From NCBI GenBank assembly GCA_038214715.1, contig JBBQRP010000012.1, positions 43,634 through 107,633 on the forward strand: 64,000 nucleotides of DNA. Reading direction: 5' to 3'. This stretch comes from Thermoanaerobaculia bacterium (GTDB taxonomy: Bacteria > Acidobacteriota > Thermoanaerobaculia > UBA5066). Position 1 is the stretch's first letter. Each line of letters starts with the position of its first letter. The notes beneath the pieces are model-generated. The model was given only the letters and a program-made list of their open reading frames with translations, did no database searches and was not told the DNA's origin. A program made the translations under genes and the position numbers. Positions 57,107 through 64,000 of this stretch are shown in pieces.

Positions 57107-58300
57107 CTAAATGCCGACGCGCGCCGTCAGGGTGAGCCCGAGCGCGCTCTTGTCGGTTCGGTACCAGCCCCCGAGATCCACCTTCGCGGGCCCGATGACG
57201 ACGCCCGCTCCCCCCGTGAAGGCGGGGGTCTTGTCCGGCGATTCGAGGTTCACCGAAGCGCCGCCGCGCACGACGACGACGAGAAGCGTCCACTCGATTC
57301 CCGCTCCGAGCTGCCGCACGCGAAGGTTGTCGACGAGCGTCTCGTTCGCGGTGAGGTCGTAGTCCGCGGCGACGAGGATTCCCAGGATAGGGACCTTCAC
57401 GGACGCCCCGATGCGGGCCTGGCGGCCCCAGGCGACGGAGCGGCCGCGGTCCGCCGCGGGGCCGTCGTCGGCGAAGGGAAACGAAGGCTTGTTGATTCCG
57501 CGCACGACGCCGCCGACGTGGACGGGCCCGAGAGACACCAGACCCCCGACGTCGATCGAAAAGTCCGTGTGAGAGCGCGTACGGCCCGTGAGGGCGCGCT
57601 GTGCGAGGTTCCAGGGATCTCCGACCTCGGTCGTGAACGCGGACTCCTCTTTCGTGTACGTCGAGCCGAACAGCGCGTGAACCGAAGCGCCGACCGTGAC
57701 GCGTCCAAGGAAGAACGACATCGACTTGCCGAGGGCGACGTCTTTGAGCTCGAGACCCCGGAAGAGCGCGCCCGAATCGTTGAAGGCGATCGAGGTGGCC
57801 GGGTTCGATCCGAGCGCCGTGTGCACGAGGTCCGTCCGCGCCGTGAGGCCGCTGAAACCCCAGTCCGTGAACGAAAGCTCCCAGCCGCTGTGCGCGAGCG
57901 CGAGGCCGACCACGCCGGTTCCCGTGACGCCGTTTCCAGGATCGCCGAGCGTGCGGAGGGCTTGCACGACGTCCGCGTAGCTCTGCGGCTGCGACCCGGA
58001 CGCGAGCGACAGGGGGCTGTTTCCCGAGACGACGCGGAGCGGGCCGAGGAAGTCGCCGCTCTCCCGGGTGAGGAGCCCGGCCGAAACCGCGAACGCGAAG
58101 TTCCGGGCCGGGACGGCGGCGGGATTGTCGATTCCGGCGGCGACGTCAGACCCGAGACCCACGGACGCTCCGCCGAGAGCGACCGAGCGCGCTCCGAAGG
58201 GTGAGAAGGGCATCTGCGCCAGGCCCGCCCCCGCCCACAGGACCGTGGCCGCGAGAGAGGCGAGGACCCTCCGTGGGAACGAGGAGGACCGCGTCGGCAT
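57107..58300 (-). CDS. Putative outer-membrane beta-barrel protein (hypothetical)
   Basis: Signal peptide (VLASLAATVLWAGAGLAQ) and alternating amphipathic beta-strand pattern rich in Gly/Ser/Thr. No family assignment. Confidence 0.55.
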   Translation of the reverse strand: MPTRSSSFPRRVLASLAATVLWAGAGLAQMPFSPFGARSVALGGASVGLGSDVAAGIDNPAAVPARNFAFAVSAGLLTRESGDFLGPLRVVSGNSPLSLASGSQPQSYADVVQALRTLGDPGNGVTGTGVVGLALAHSGWELSFTDWGFSGLTARTDLVHTALGSNPATSIAFNDSGALFRGLELKDVALGKSMSFFLGRVTVGASVHALFGSTYTKEESAFTTEVGDPWNLAQRALTGRTRSHTDFSIDVGGLVSLGPVHVGGVVRGINKPSFPFADDGPAADRGRSVAWGRQARIGASVKVPILGILVAADYDLTANETLVDNLRVRQLGAGIEWTLLVVVVRGGASVNLESPDKTPAFTGGAGVVIGPAKVDLGGWYRTDKSALGLTLTARVGI

Positions 58301-58354
58301 CGGGCTCCAGTGTACGGTGAGAGGGTGCGTTGACCGTGAAAAAGCAAGGGTGCT

Positions 58355-58717
58355 ATGTTCCGGCCTCGTTTTGCAGGAGGCGAATTGCCCGATCTCGGAA
58401 ACAAACACAACTGCTTCAAGTGCGGAACGAAGTTCTACGACCTGAGGAAAACGCCCGTGCACTGCCCGAAGTGCGGCGCCGACCAGAAGGACGCTCCTCC
58501 GCAGCCGACGTCTCCCGTCGTGCTCCACGCCGCGCGCCGCGCGAAACGCGACGAGTTCGCGGATCCCGACGTCTTCGACCGCAACCGCGAGGACGAAGAC
58601 GTGGCCACCGGCGAGCCCGAGGACCCGGCCGCAAAGCGCGTGGATGACGACGAGGAGCTTCCGCTCGGTGAAGCCAAGACGCTCGAAGGCACGGAAAGCG
58701 GCGAAGACGACTACTGA
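58355..58717 (+). CDS. Small C4 zinc-ribbon protein with acidic C-terminal tail (FYDLN-type)
   Basis: LGNKHNCFKCGTKFYDL...CPKCG plus a D/E-rich tail. An in-frame alternative TTG start at 58385 has a GGAGG RBS. Confidence 0.6.
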   Translation: MFRPRFAGGELPDLGNKHNCFKCGTKFYDLRKTPVHCPKCGADQKDAPPQPTSPVVLHAARRAKRDEFADPDVFDRNREDEDVATGEPEDPAAKRVDDDEELPLGEAKTLEGTESGEDDY

Positions 58718-59297
58718 GGTCGCGGCGCGCCCGCGATCCGTCTTCGTCGCGATCGGGCTGGGCTCGAATCTGGGAGACCGGAGAGAAATTCTCCAAAAGG
58801 CGACGAGAGCGCTGGCGGCCCTCCTGGAAGGCGCCCGTTCTTCATTTCTTTATGAAACGTCCCCGGTTGGCGGCCCTCCCGGCCAGGCCGACTACCTCAA
58901 CGCCGTCGTCGTGGGGCGATCGAGATTCTCCGCGCAGGCTCTCTTCACCCTTCTAAGAAAATCCGAATCCATCGCCGGCCGAAAGAGAGAGCGTGGCAAG
59001 CGAAACGCGCCCCGCACGCTGGATCTCGATCTCCTCCTCTACGGAACAGAACGAATCTCGACCCGCCGCCTCACCGTGCCGCACCCGCGCATGACGACCC
59101 GCCTCTTCGTCCTCGTACCTCTCGCGGACGTCGCGCCGCGGCGCGTCGTCCCCGGGACCGGGAAGACGGTGACCCGTCTCCTCGCCGAAGCCCGGCCGAC
59201 CTCGGCGGAGCGCGTCACGCGCTTCCGGCCTGTCAGGACGCGGGGGCGAGGGGCAGGAGCCGCGCCTCGACACGCAGCTGGTCGTTCGGCAGGGTGA
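58668..59297 (+). CDS. folK: 6-hydroxymethyl-7,8-dihydropterin pyrophosphokinase (HPPK)
   Basis: VAIGLGSNLGD and RTLDLDLLLYG HPPK motifs. The start is uncertain: GTG 58668 or ATG 58644, both overlapping the upstream gene. The 3' end overlaps convergent cysE by 65 nt. Confidence 0.65.
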   Translation: MKPRRSKARKAAKTTTEVAARPRSVFVAIGLGSNLGDRREILQKATRALAALLEGARSSFLYETSPVGGPPGQADYLNAVVVGRSRFSAQALFTLLRKSESIAGRKRERGKRNAPRTLDLDLLLYGTERISTRRLTVPHPRMTTRLFVLVPLADVAPRRVVPGTGKTVTRLLAEARPTSAERVTRFRPVRTRGRGAGAAPRHAAGRSAG

Positions 59298-60132
59298 CGC
59301 GCGTGCCCGGAGGAACCGAGGCCGTGAGCCAGACGCTTCCGCCGATGACGCAGCCCTTTCCGATGACGGTCTCGCCGCCGAGGATCGTCGCCCCCGCGTA
59401 AATGACGACGTCGTCCATCACCGTCGGATGGCGCTTCGTTCCTCGAATGAGCTCGCCGCGCTCGTTTTTCGGGAACGAGACGGCCCCGAGCGTGACGCCC
59501 TGGTAGAGCTTCACGCGGTCGCCGATGTCCGTCGTCTCCCCGATCACGGTTCCGGTCCCGTGGTCGATGAAGAAGGACGATCCGATTCGCGCCCCCGGAT
59601 GGATGTCCACACCCGTTTCGAGGTGCGCGAACTCGGTCATGATGCGCGGAATCAGCGGCACGCGAAGCTCGAAAAGGGCGTGCGCGAGGCGATAGGTGAA
59701 CACTGCCCTGAGACCCGGGTAGGCGAGGATGATTTCGTCGAGACCGGTCGCCGCGGGGTCTCCGTCGAACGCGGCGCGCACGTCCGCCGCGAGGAGATCC
59801 GAAATAAGGGGAAGCGTCTCGAAGAAACGAGTCGCGAGATCCTGCGCCGTCTCGCGCGTGCGCGACTCAACGGGCAGGGCCTTCTCGATCTCGCACGCGA
59901 GCCGCAGGTGGAGGCGGAAGAGGACGTCCCCGAGGTGGTCGCGGAAATTCGCCCGGTAGAGCACCGTGTGGCCGAAGTAGCCGGGGTACACGACCTCCTC
60001 CAGCATCCTCAGGATCTCGATGATCTCCTTCTTCTGCGGCTTCGGCTGTGCGTCGACCGCCGAGAGGAGCGGCCTGTTTTCCGCGCCCGCCACGATCCGG
60101 TCGATGGCCTCCCTCAGGCGCGCGTCTTCCAT
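59233..60132 (-). CDS. cysE: Serine O-acetyltransferase
   Basis: SATase N-domain and left-handed beta-helix hexapeptide repeats (IHPGARIGSSFFIDHGTGTVIGETTDIG...). Confidence 0.85.
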   Translation of the reverse strand: MEDARLREAIDRIVAGAENRPLLSAVDAQPKPQKKEIIEILRMLEEVVYPGYFGHTVLYRANFRDHLGDVLFRLHLRLACEIEKALPVESRTRETAQDLATRFFETLPLISDLLAADVRAAFDGDPAATGLDEIILAYPGLRAVFTYRLAHALFELRVPLIPRIMTEFAHLETGVDIHPGARIGSSFFIDHGTGTVIGETTDIGDRVKLYQGVTLGAVSFPKNERGELIRGTKRHPTVMDDVVIYAGATILGGETVIGKGCVIGGSVWLTASVPPGTRVTLPNDQLRVEARLLPLAPAS

Positions 60133-60144
60133 CGCGTCATTCTC

Positions 60145-61020
60145 TCATTTGGAGGCCCAGACCTTCAGGAGCTGCGCGGCCTCTTCCTGCGTCTTCCGGT
60201 TCTCCACGAGGTACTCCGGGTCCGGTGTTTCCGCGACGATCTTCTCGAGCATGGCGCGGGCCTCCGCGCGGCGGGCGCTCTCGTAGTCCCAAATCGCCTC
60301 GGCGAGGAACTGGCGCCCGACGAGGTTGTGCGGCCCAACCTCGACGCCGAGACGGAGGTTCTTCAACGCCTCCGTCCGCGACGCCCAGCCCGTGAGGAAC
60401 GGCACGGAGGGGGTCTGGTGATGCAGCCGTCCGAGCACGCGGTACCCTCCCCCTCCGTCGTACGCAGGGTCGAGAAGGATCACCGCCTGCGCATAGTCGC
60501 GGATTTTCGCGGCCGCCCCCTGTTTCACGGCCGCGCCTTTCCCGAAGGCGAGCGCCCACTTTCCCCAGTCCACGGACGCCCACAGGAACGTCGGGACGAC
60601 GGACGAATTGCCCACGAGGTAGGGGACGAGCTCGACCGGCGTCGCCTTCGCGAGGTCCCGGCTGGAATGGCGGGCGGCCTCGCGGCGGAGAATCGCGAGC
60701 GACTGCTCGGCCACCGTGCGCCCCTCGTCGAAGATCGTCTTTTTCACCGCGGAATCGTCCGTCGTGTGCTCACCCTTGAAGTAGAGCGCACGCATGAGGC
60801 GCCACCGCACCTCGAGCGAGTCCGGCTCCGCGGCGAGGGCGGTGCGACAGGCGGCGATCGCAAGGTCGATCGGCGCCGAAAGGGCGTGCCCGCCCGTCGA
60901 GCCTTCGGCGCGGTGGCTCCACAAGCGGTCTAGATCGGCGTTCCTCGGGGCGGACCCTTCCGCCGCGAGCAGGCACGGCAGGAGGACGACGAGCGCGAGA
61001 AGGCGGGAGAGTCGTCGCAT
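60145..61020 (-). CDS. Secreted hypothetical protein (helical, TPR-like?)
   Basis: Signal peptide MRRLSRLLALVVLLPCLLAAEG. No confident family. The track ORF extends to 61065. Confidence 0.5.
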   Translation of the reverse strand: MRRLSRLLALVVLLPCLLAAEGSAPRNADLDRLWSHRAEGSTGGHALSAPIDLAIAACRTALAAEPDSLEVRWRLMRALYFKGEHTTDDSAVKKTIFDEGRTVAEQSLAILRREAARHSSRDLAKATPVELVPYLVGNSSVVPTFLWASVDWGKWALAFGKGAAVKQGAAAKIRDYAQAVILLDPAYDGGGGYRVLGRLHHQTPSVPFLTGWASRTEALKNLRLGVEVGPHNLVGRQFLAEAIWDYESARRAEARAMLEKIVAETPDPEYLVENRKTQEEAAQLLKVWASK

Positions 61021-61082
61021 GGGTCCACTATACTGGCGCGCCTCTTGCGAAGAAGGCTCACCCACGAATTCGAGGTGCCTCC

Positions 61083-61403
61083 GTGGCCGATCAGGATCCC
61101 AAACCCGACTCCCAGCCTCCGCCCCTCCAGTTCTCGATCGACGACACGGTCGCGAACGGGGTCTACGTGAATTTTGCGAACATCATCCACAATCCGGCGG
61201 AGTTCGTCCTCGACTTCGGGCGCGTCGTTCCGGGACGGAACGACGTCCGCGTCCTCTCGCGCGTGCTGACGACTCCCGTCCACGCAAAACAGCTCCTCAA
61301 CGCCCTCGCGCAGAACGTCGCGCTCTACGAGAAGACGTTCGGGGCGATCCGGACGGACTTCGAAACGCAGCGCGCCGGCACCGACTCCTTCCGTCCCAAC
61401 TGA
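61083..61403 (+). CDS. DUF3467-like small protein
   Basis: YVNFANIIHNPAEFVLDFG motif characteristic of DUF3467. GTG start. Confidence 0.55.
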   Translation: MADQDPKPDSQPPPLQFSIDDTVANGVYVNFANIIHNPAEFVLDFGRVVPGRNDVRVLSRVLTTPVHAKQLLNALAQNVALYEKTFGAIRTDFETQRAGTDSFRPN

Positions 61404-61424
61404 CCCACAAGGAAGACCAGACCG

Positions 61425-61940
61425 ATGAACCCGAGAAGTTTCCCGATCCTCGCCCTCGCCCTCTCTCTCGGCTTCGTGGCGGGCGCGGCCCCCGCGGCCG
61501 CCGGCGCCTCTCCCGTCCGGCCGAAGCCGGTCGCCCCCGAGGTGCCCATCTTCGACGGCGACGCGATCGGAGTGAAACAGGTCGTCGACTACCAGAAAGT
61601 GGCCCAGGACTCCGGACGCCGCCTCCTTCTGGTGTTCGGCACGAACGATTGCGCCCCTTGCCGCGCGTTCAACAAGGCGATTCACCAGAAGCAGTTCTTC
61701 TCCGCTTTCATCAACCAGTTCGTCCCCGTGTACATCGACGTCTCGAGCGGCACGAACGCGTCGCTCCTCGTCGACTACAACATCAATCCCGCGGCCCCGC
61801 AGCCCGGCATCGTCATCCTGATGCCCGACGCCCGGATCACGGACGTTCTCGCGCAGGGCGAGATGGCGACGCTCGCGAAGAAGGGCGACGCCGCCGTGCA
61901 GGAATTCTTTCTCGCGCGGTTCGCGAAGTCGGAAAAGTAG
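61425..61940 (+). CDS. Secreted thioredoxin-fold protein (CxxC)
   Basis: Signal peptide, CAPC redox motif within LLVFGTNDCAPCRAF, and an AAGGAAG RBS. Confidence 0.7.
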   Translation: MNPRSFPILALALSLGFVAGAAPAAAGASPVRPKPVAPEVPIFDGDAIGVKQVVDYQKVAQDSGRRLLLVFGTNDCAPCRAFNKAIHQKQFFSAFINQFVPVYIDVSSGTNASLLVDYNINPAAPQPGIVILMPDARITDVLAQGEMATLAKKGDAAVQEFFLARFAKSEK

Positions 61941-61988
61941 CGCTCCCCGATCCACTTTAGTCCCCTGGCCTCTGGCAGAATCGGCGCG

Positions 61989-62573
61989 GTGGCATCCCCG
62001 CGAAGCGCGCCTCAGCTCGAGCCCGACTCCGGCGATCTCCTGCTCGTCGCCGCGAGTGACGGCGCCGCGTTGACGCGCCTCGTCACGCGCTGGAGCCAGC
62101 CTGTCTACGCGTTCTTCGAGCGTACCCGTGAGCCTTCGGCCGCGACGGAAGCCGCGCTCTCCACGTTCGAGCGTCTCGTGTCGAGCGCGCCGCGCTATGC
62201 GCCCGACGTCCGGTTCCCGGCGTTCCTCTGGGAAATCGCGGTGAAGGTCGCGCAGGACGGCACGTCGAGCCGGGTCCTCGAGATTCCCTCGGCGAAGCTC
62301 GCCGAGTCCGCGGCCGCGAGGACCGCGCTCGTGCGCTCCGCGATCGCGGCCCTCCCCCCCGCCGAGCGGGCGGCGTTCCTCCTGACACGCGTCGTCCGGC
62401 TCTCGACGTCCGCTGCCGCCGAGGCGCTTGGCACCACGGACGCGGACGTGAGGCGCCGCCTCGTGAACGCGCTCGAGCTCCTGCGCGAATCCCTCGCCCC
62501 CCTCCTCGAGGGCCCCGCCGCGGCGTCCGCTCCGGCCGGGCCTCCCGGCGGGCGAGAGGAGGCGGAACCGTGA
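61989..62573 (+). CDS. ECF-type RNA polymerase sigma factor
   Basis: Sigma-70 region 2-like and region 4 HTH (ERAAFLLTRVVRLSTSAAAEALGTTDADVRRRL). GTG start. Confidence 0.72.
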   Translation: MASPRSAPQLEPDSGDLLLVAASDGAALTRLVTRWSQPVYAFFERTREPSAATEAALSTFERLVSSAPRYAPDVRFPAFLWEIAVKVAQDGTSSRVLEIPSAKLAESAAARTALVRSAIAALPPAERAAFLLTRVVRLSTSAAAEALGTTDADVRRRLVNALELLRESLAPLLEGPAAASAPAGPPGGREEAEP

Positions 62574-63538
62574 CGTGCGCCGAGCTCCGCGAGAGGATCG
62601 TCGACTCGGCGTCCGGCTCGCAGGGCGGGCACGCGCCGGTCGTCGCCCACCTCGAGGAATGCGCGGACTGCCGTGCCGCCGCGCGCGAGTACGGGGCCCT
62701 CGACCGGCTCGTCCGTCCGGCCACGCCTCCCGCGCCGCCGCCGGATTTCGAGAGACGTCTCCGCCAGCGCCTTTCCGTCGGATCCCGGCACGCCGTCTCG
62801 AGCGCGTGGATGCTGGGCGGCGCGGCCAGCGTCCTCGCGCTCGCGGCGCTCCTGGCCCCGCGTCTCTTCCGTGACGCCCCGAAGTCCCGGCCCGTCGCGC
62901 CCCCATCGCGCGCCGAGGCGAGACCGTCGCCCGTGCCCGCGCCCTCTCCGGAAGCGCCGCCGCCGGACATCGTCGCCGTGCGCTCGACGCCGATCTCCTT
63001 TCAGGCACCGCCGCTGAGCGCGGAGGAGAAGGCCGAGGCCGCTTCCCTTCACGATTTTGAATTCCTCAATTCGTTCCAGATGCTCGCGCGTCTCGACGCC
63101 TTCTTCCCGGAGCCCGTCGGACCTCGCGCGCCCGTGTCGATGCCGGCCGGCGGCTTCCCCTCGCGCCCCCCCGATTCGCCCGACGCGACGACCGGCCGCT
63201 TCCTCGACTGGCAGCGGGCGTCGCGCGCCGAGCGCGCCAGACTCTCCGCGCTCGAGAAGTCGTTTCGCGACCGCCCCGAGGACGAGCGTTCCCTCCTGGA
63301 AGCGCGCTGGGCTCTCGTCCGCGACTTCTCCGAGGACCAGCGTTCGGGGCTGCGCCGGCTCGCGAGCCGGATGGACGAACTCGACTCGCGCGCCCACGCC
63401 CGGCTCGAATCCGAGATCCGGCTCATCGGACACCTCCCCAGGGAGCAGCGCCCGGCGCGCTGGCGGGTCCTTCCGTTCGCGAAGCCGCTCACGGGCCAGG
63501 AGCTCGCAAGCGCGGAGCGTCTGCTGCTTTCCCGCTGA
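62570..63538 (+). CDS. Anti-sigma factor with ZAS-type zinc motif (HxxxCxxC) and TM helix
   Basis: [14 protein letters not shown] near the N-terminus, one TM helix ([16 protein letters not shown]), and a Pro-rich periplasmic region with an RW-rich C-terminus. GTG start in a GTGA overlap with the sigma-factor stop. Confidence 0.68.
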   Translation: MTCAELRERIVDSASGSQGGHAPVVAHLEECADCRAAAREYGALDRLVRPATPPAPPPDFERRLRQRLSVGSRHAVSSAWMLGGAASVLALAALLAPRLFRDAPKSRPVAPPSRAEARPSPVPAPSPEAPPPDIVAVRSTPISFQAPPLSAEEKAEAASLHDFEFLNSFQMLARLDAFFPEPVGPRAPVSMPAGGFPSRPPDSPDATTGRFLDWQRASRAERARLSALEKSFRDRPEDERSLLEARWALVRDFSEDQRSGLRRLASRMDELDSRAHARLESEIRLIGHLPREQRPARWRVLPFAKPLTGQELASAERLLLSR

Positions 63539-63587
63539 CGACTCCTTCTCCCTCTTTCACGCCGATCGTCCCGTAGACTCCCGGGTC

Positions 63588-64000
63588 ATGGCCGAAAGAG
63601 CGCCTGCTCCCGCGTTCCAGCCCTGGATTCCGGCGACCGAGTCACCCGCCGAGTTCACGTTTCGAGCGGTGGCGCTCGGATCGGTCCTCGGAATCGTCTT
63701 CGGCGCCGCGTCCGTCTACCTCGGCTTGAAGGTGGGCCTGACGACGTCGGCCTCGATCCCGATCGCCGTCATGGCGATCACGATCCTGAAGAAGCTCGGG
63801 AACTCGACGATCCTCGAGAACAACATCGTGCAGACGACGGGATCGGCCGGCGAGTCCGTGGCTGCCGCCGTGGTGTTCACGATCCCCGCCCTGATCTTCC
63901 TCGGGTTCCCCATGAAGATACCCGTGACCTTCCTCATCGCGCTCACGGGAGGCGTTCTCGGAGTCCTTCTCATGATCCCGCTTCGGCGCTATCTGATCGT
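63588..64000 (+). CDS. OPT-family oligopeptide transporter (N-terminal fragment; continues beyond the window)
   Basis: [15 protein letters not shown]...[27 protein letters not shown], typical of the OPT/TIGR00728 N-terminus. The open frame runs to the window end. Confidence 0.7.
   Translation, partial: MAERAPAPAFQPWIPATESPAEFTFRAVALGSVLGIVFGAASVYLGLKVGLTTSASIPIAVMAITILKKLGNSTILENNIVQTTGSAGESVAAAVVFTIPALIFLGFPMKIPVTFLIALTGGVLGVLLMIPLRRYLI

Noticed and set aside
59233-59297. 65-nt convergent 3' overlap between folK (+) and cysE (-)
   Set aside because: Both ORFs are delimited by genuine stop codons, so the overlap may be real. It could equally reflect a sequencing frameshift near the folK C-terminus, since the HPPK domain itself ends about 40 aa earlier. 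It is not interpretable without more data.

Overview
This is a ~70 % GC bacterial chromosomal segment. The gene content (TonB-dependent receptor with a carboxypeptidase-regulatory N-domain, pilMNOPQ, tgt-yajC-secDF) suggests Acidobacteriota or Gemmatimonadota; this is an inference. It is densely coded, mostly on the minus strand. Many genes are coupled by 4-nt start/stop overlaps (ATGA, GTGA, TTGA), and GTG starts are frequent.

Housekeeping genes that I recognise: maeB, proS, gdhA, accB/accC, aroK, rel (RelA/SpoT), secD/secF, yajC, tgt, folK, cysE and the pilMNOPQ type IV pilus genes.

Accessory or unusual modules:
1. A ~13 kb co-directional cluster (10008-22901). It runs ECF sigma, anti-sigma, a bactofilin-like membrane protein, Hbd-like dehydrogenase, a Zn-ribbon/TPR protein, a TonB-dependent receptor, an SDR reductase, a KAS III-like protein lacking the His/Asn catalytic residues, an alpha/beta hydrolase, and an AMP-ligase::alpha/beta-hydrolase fusion. 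A TetR gene lies convergent at its far end. This is the best candidate for an undescribed lipid or hydrophobic-metabolite system, possibly Ole-like.
2. A membrane-anchored SbcD/SbcC-like nuclease-ATPase pair inserted inside the otherwise conserved tgt-yajC-secDF operon.
3. A lipoprotein, a multi-IPT/TIG lipoprotein and a TPR-roadblock/LC7 protein placed between pilQ and accBC-aroK.
4. A secreted thioredoxin plus an ECF sigma / ZAS-type anti-sigma module.

I found no rRNA, tRNA, CRISPR, integrase or transposase. The many long antisense ORFs in the six-frame track are high-GC artefacts.
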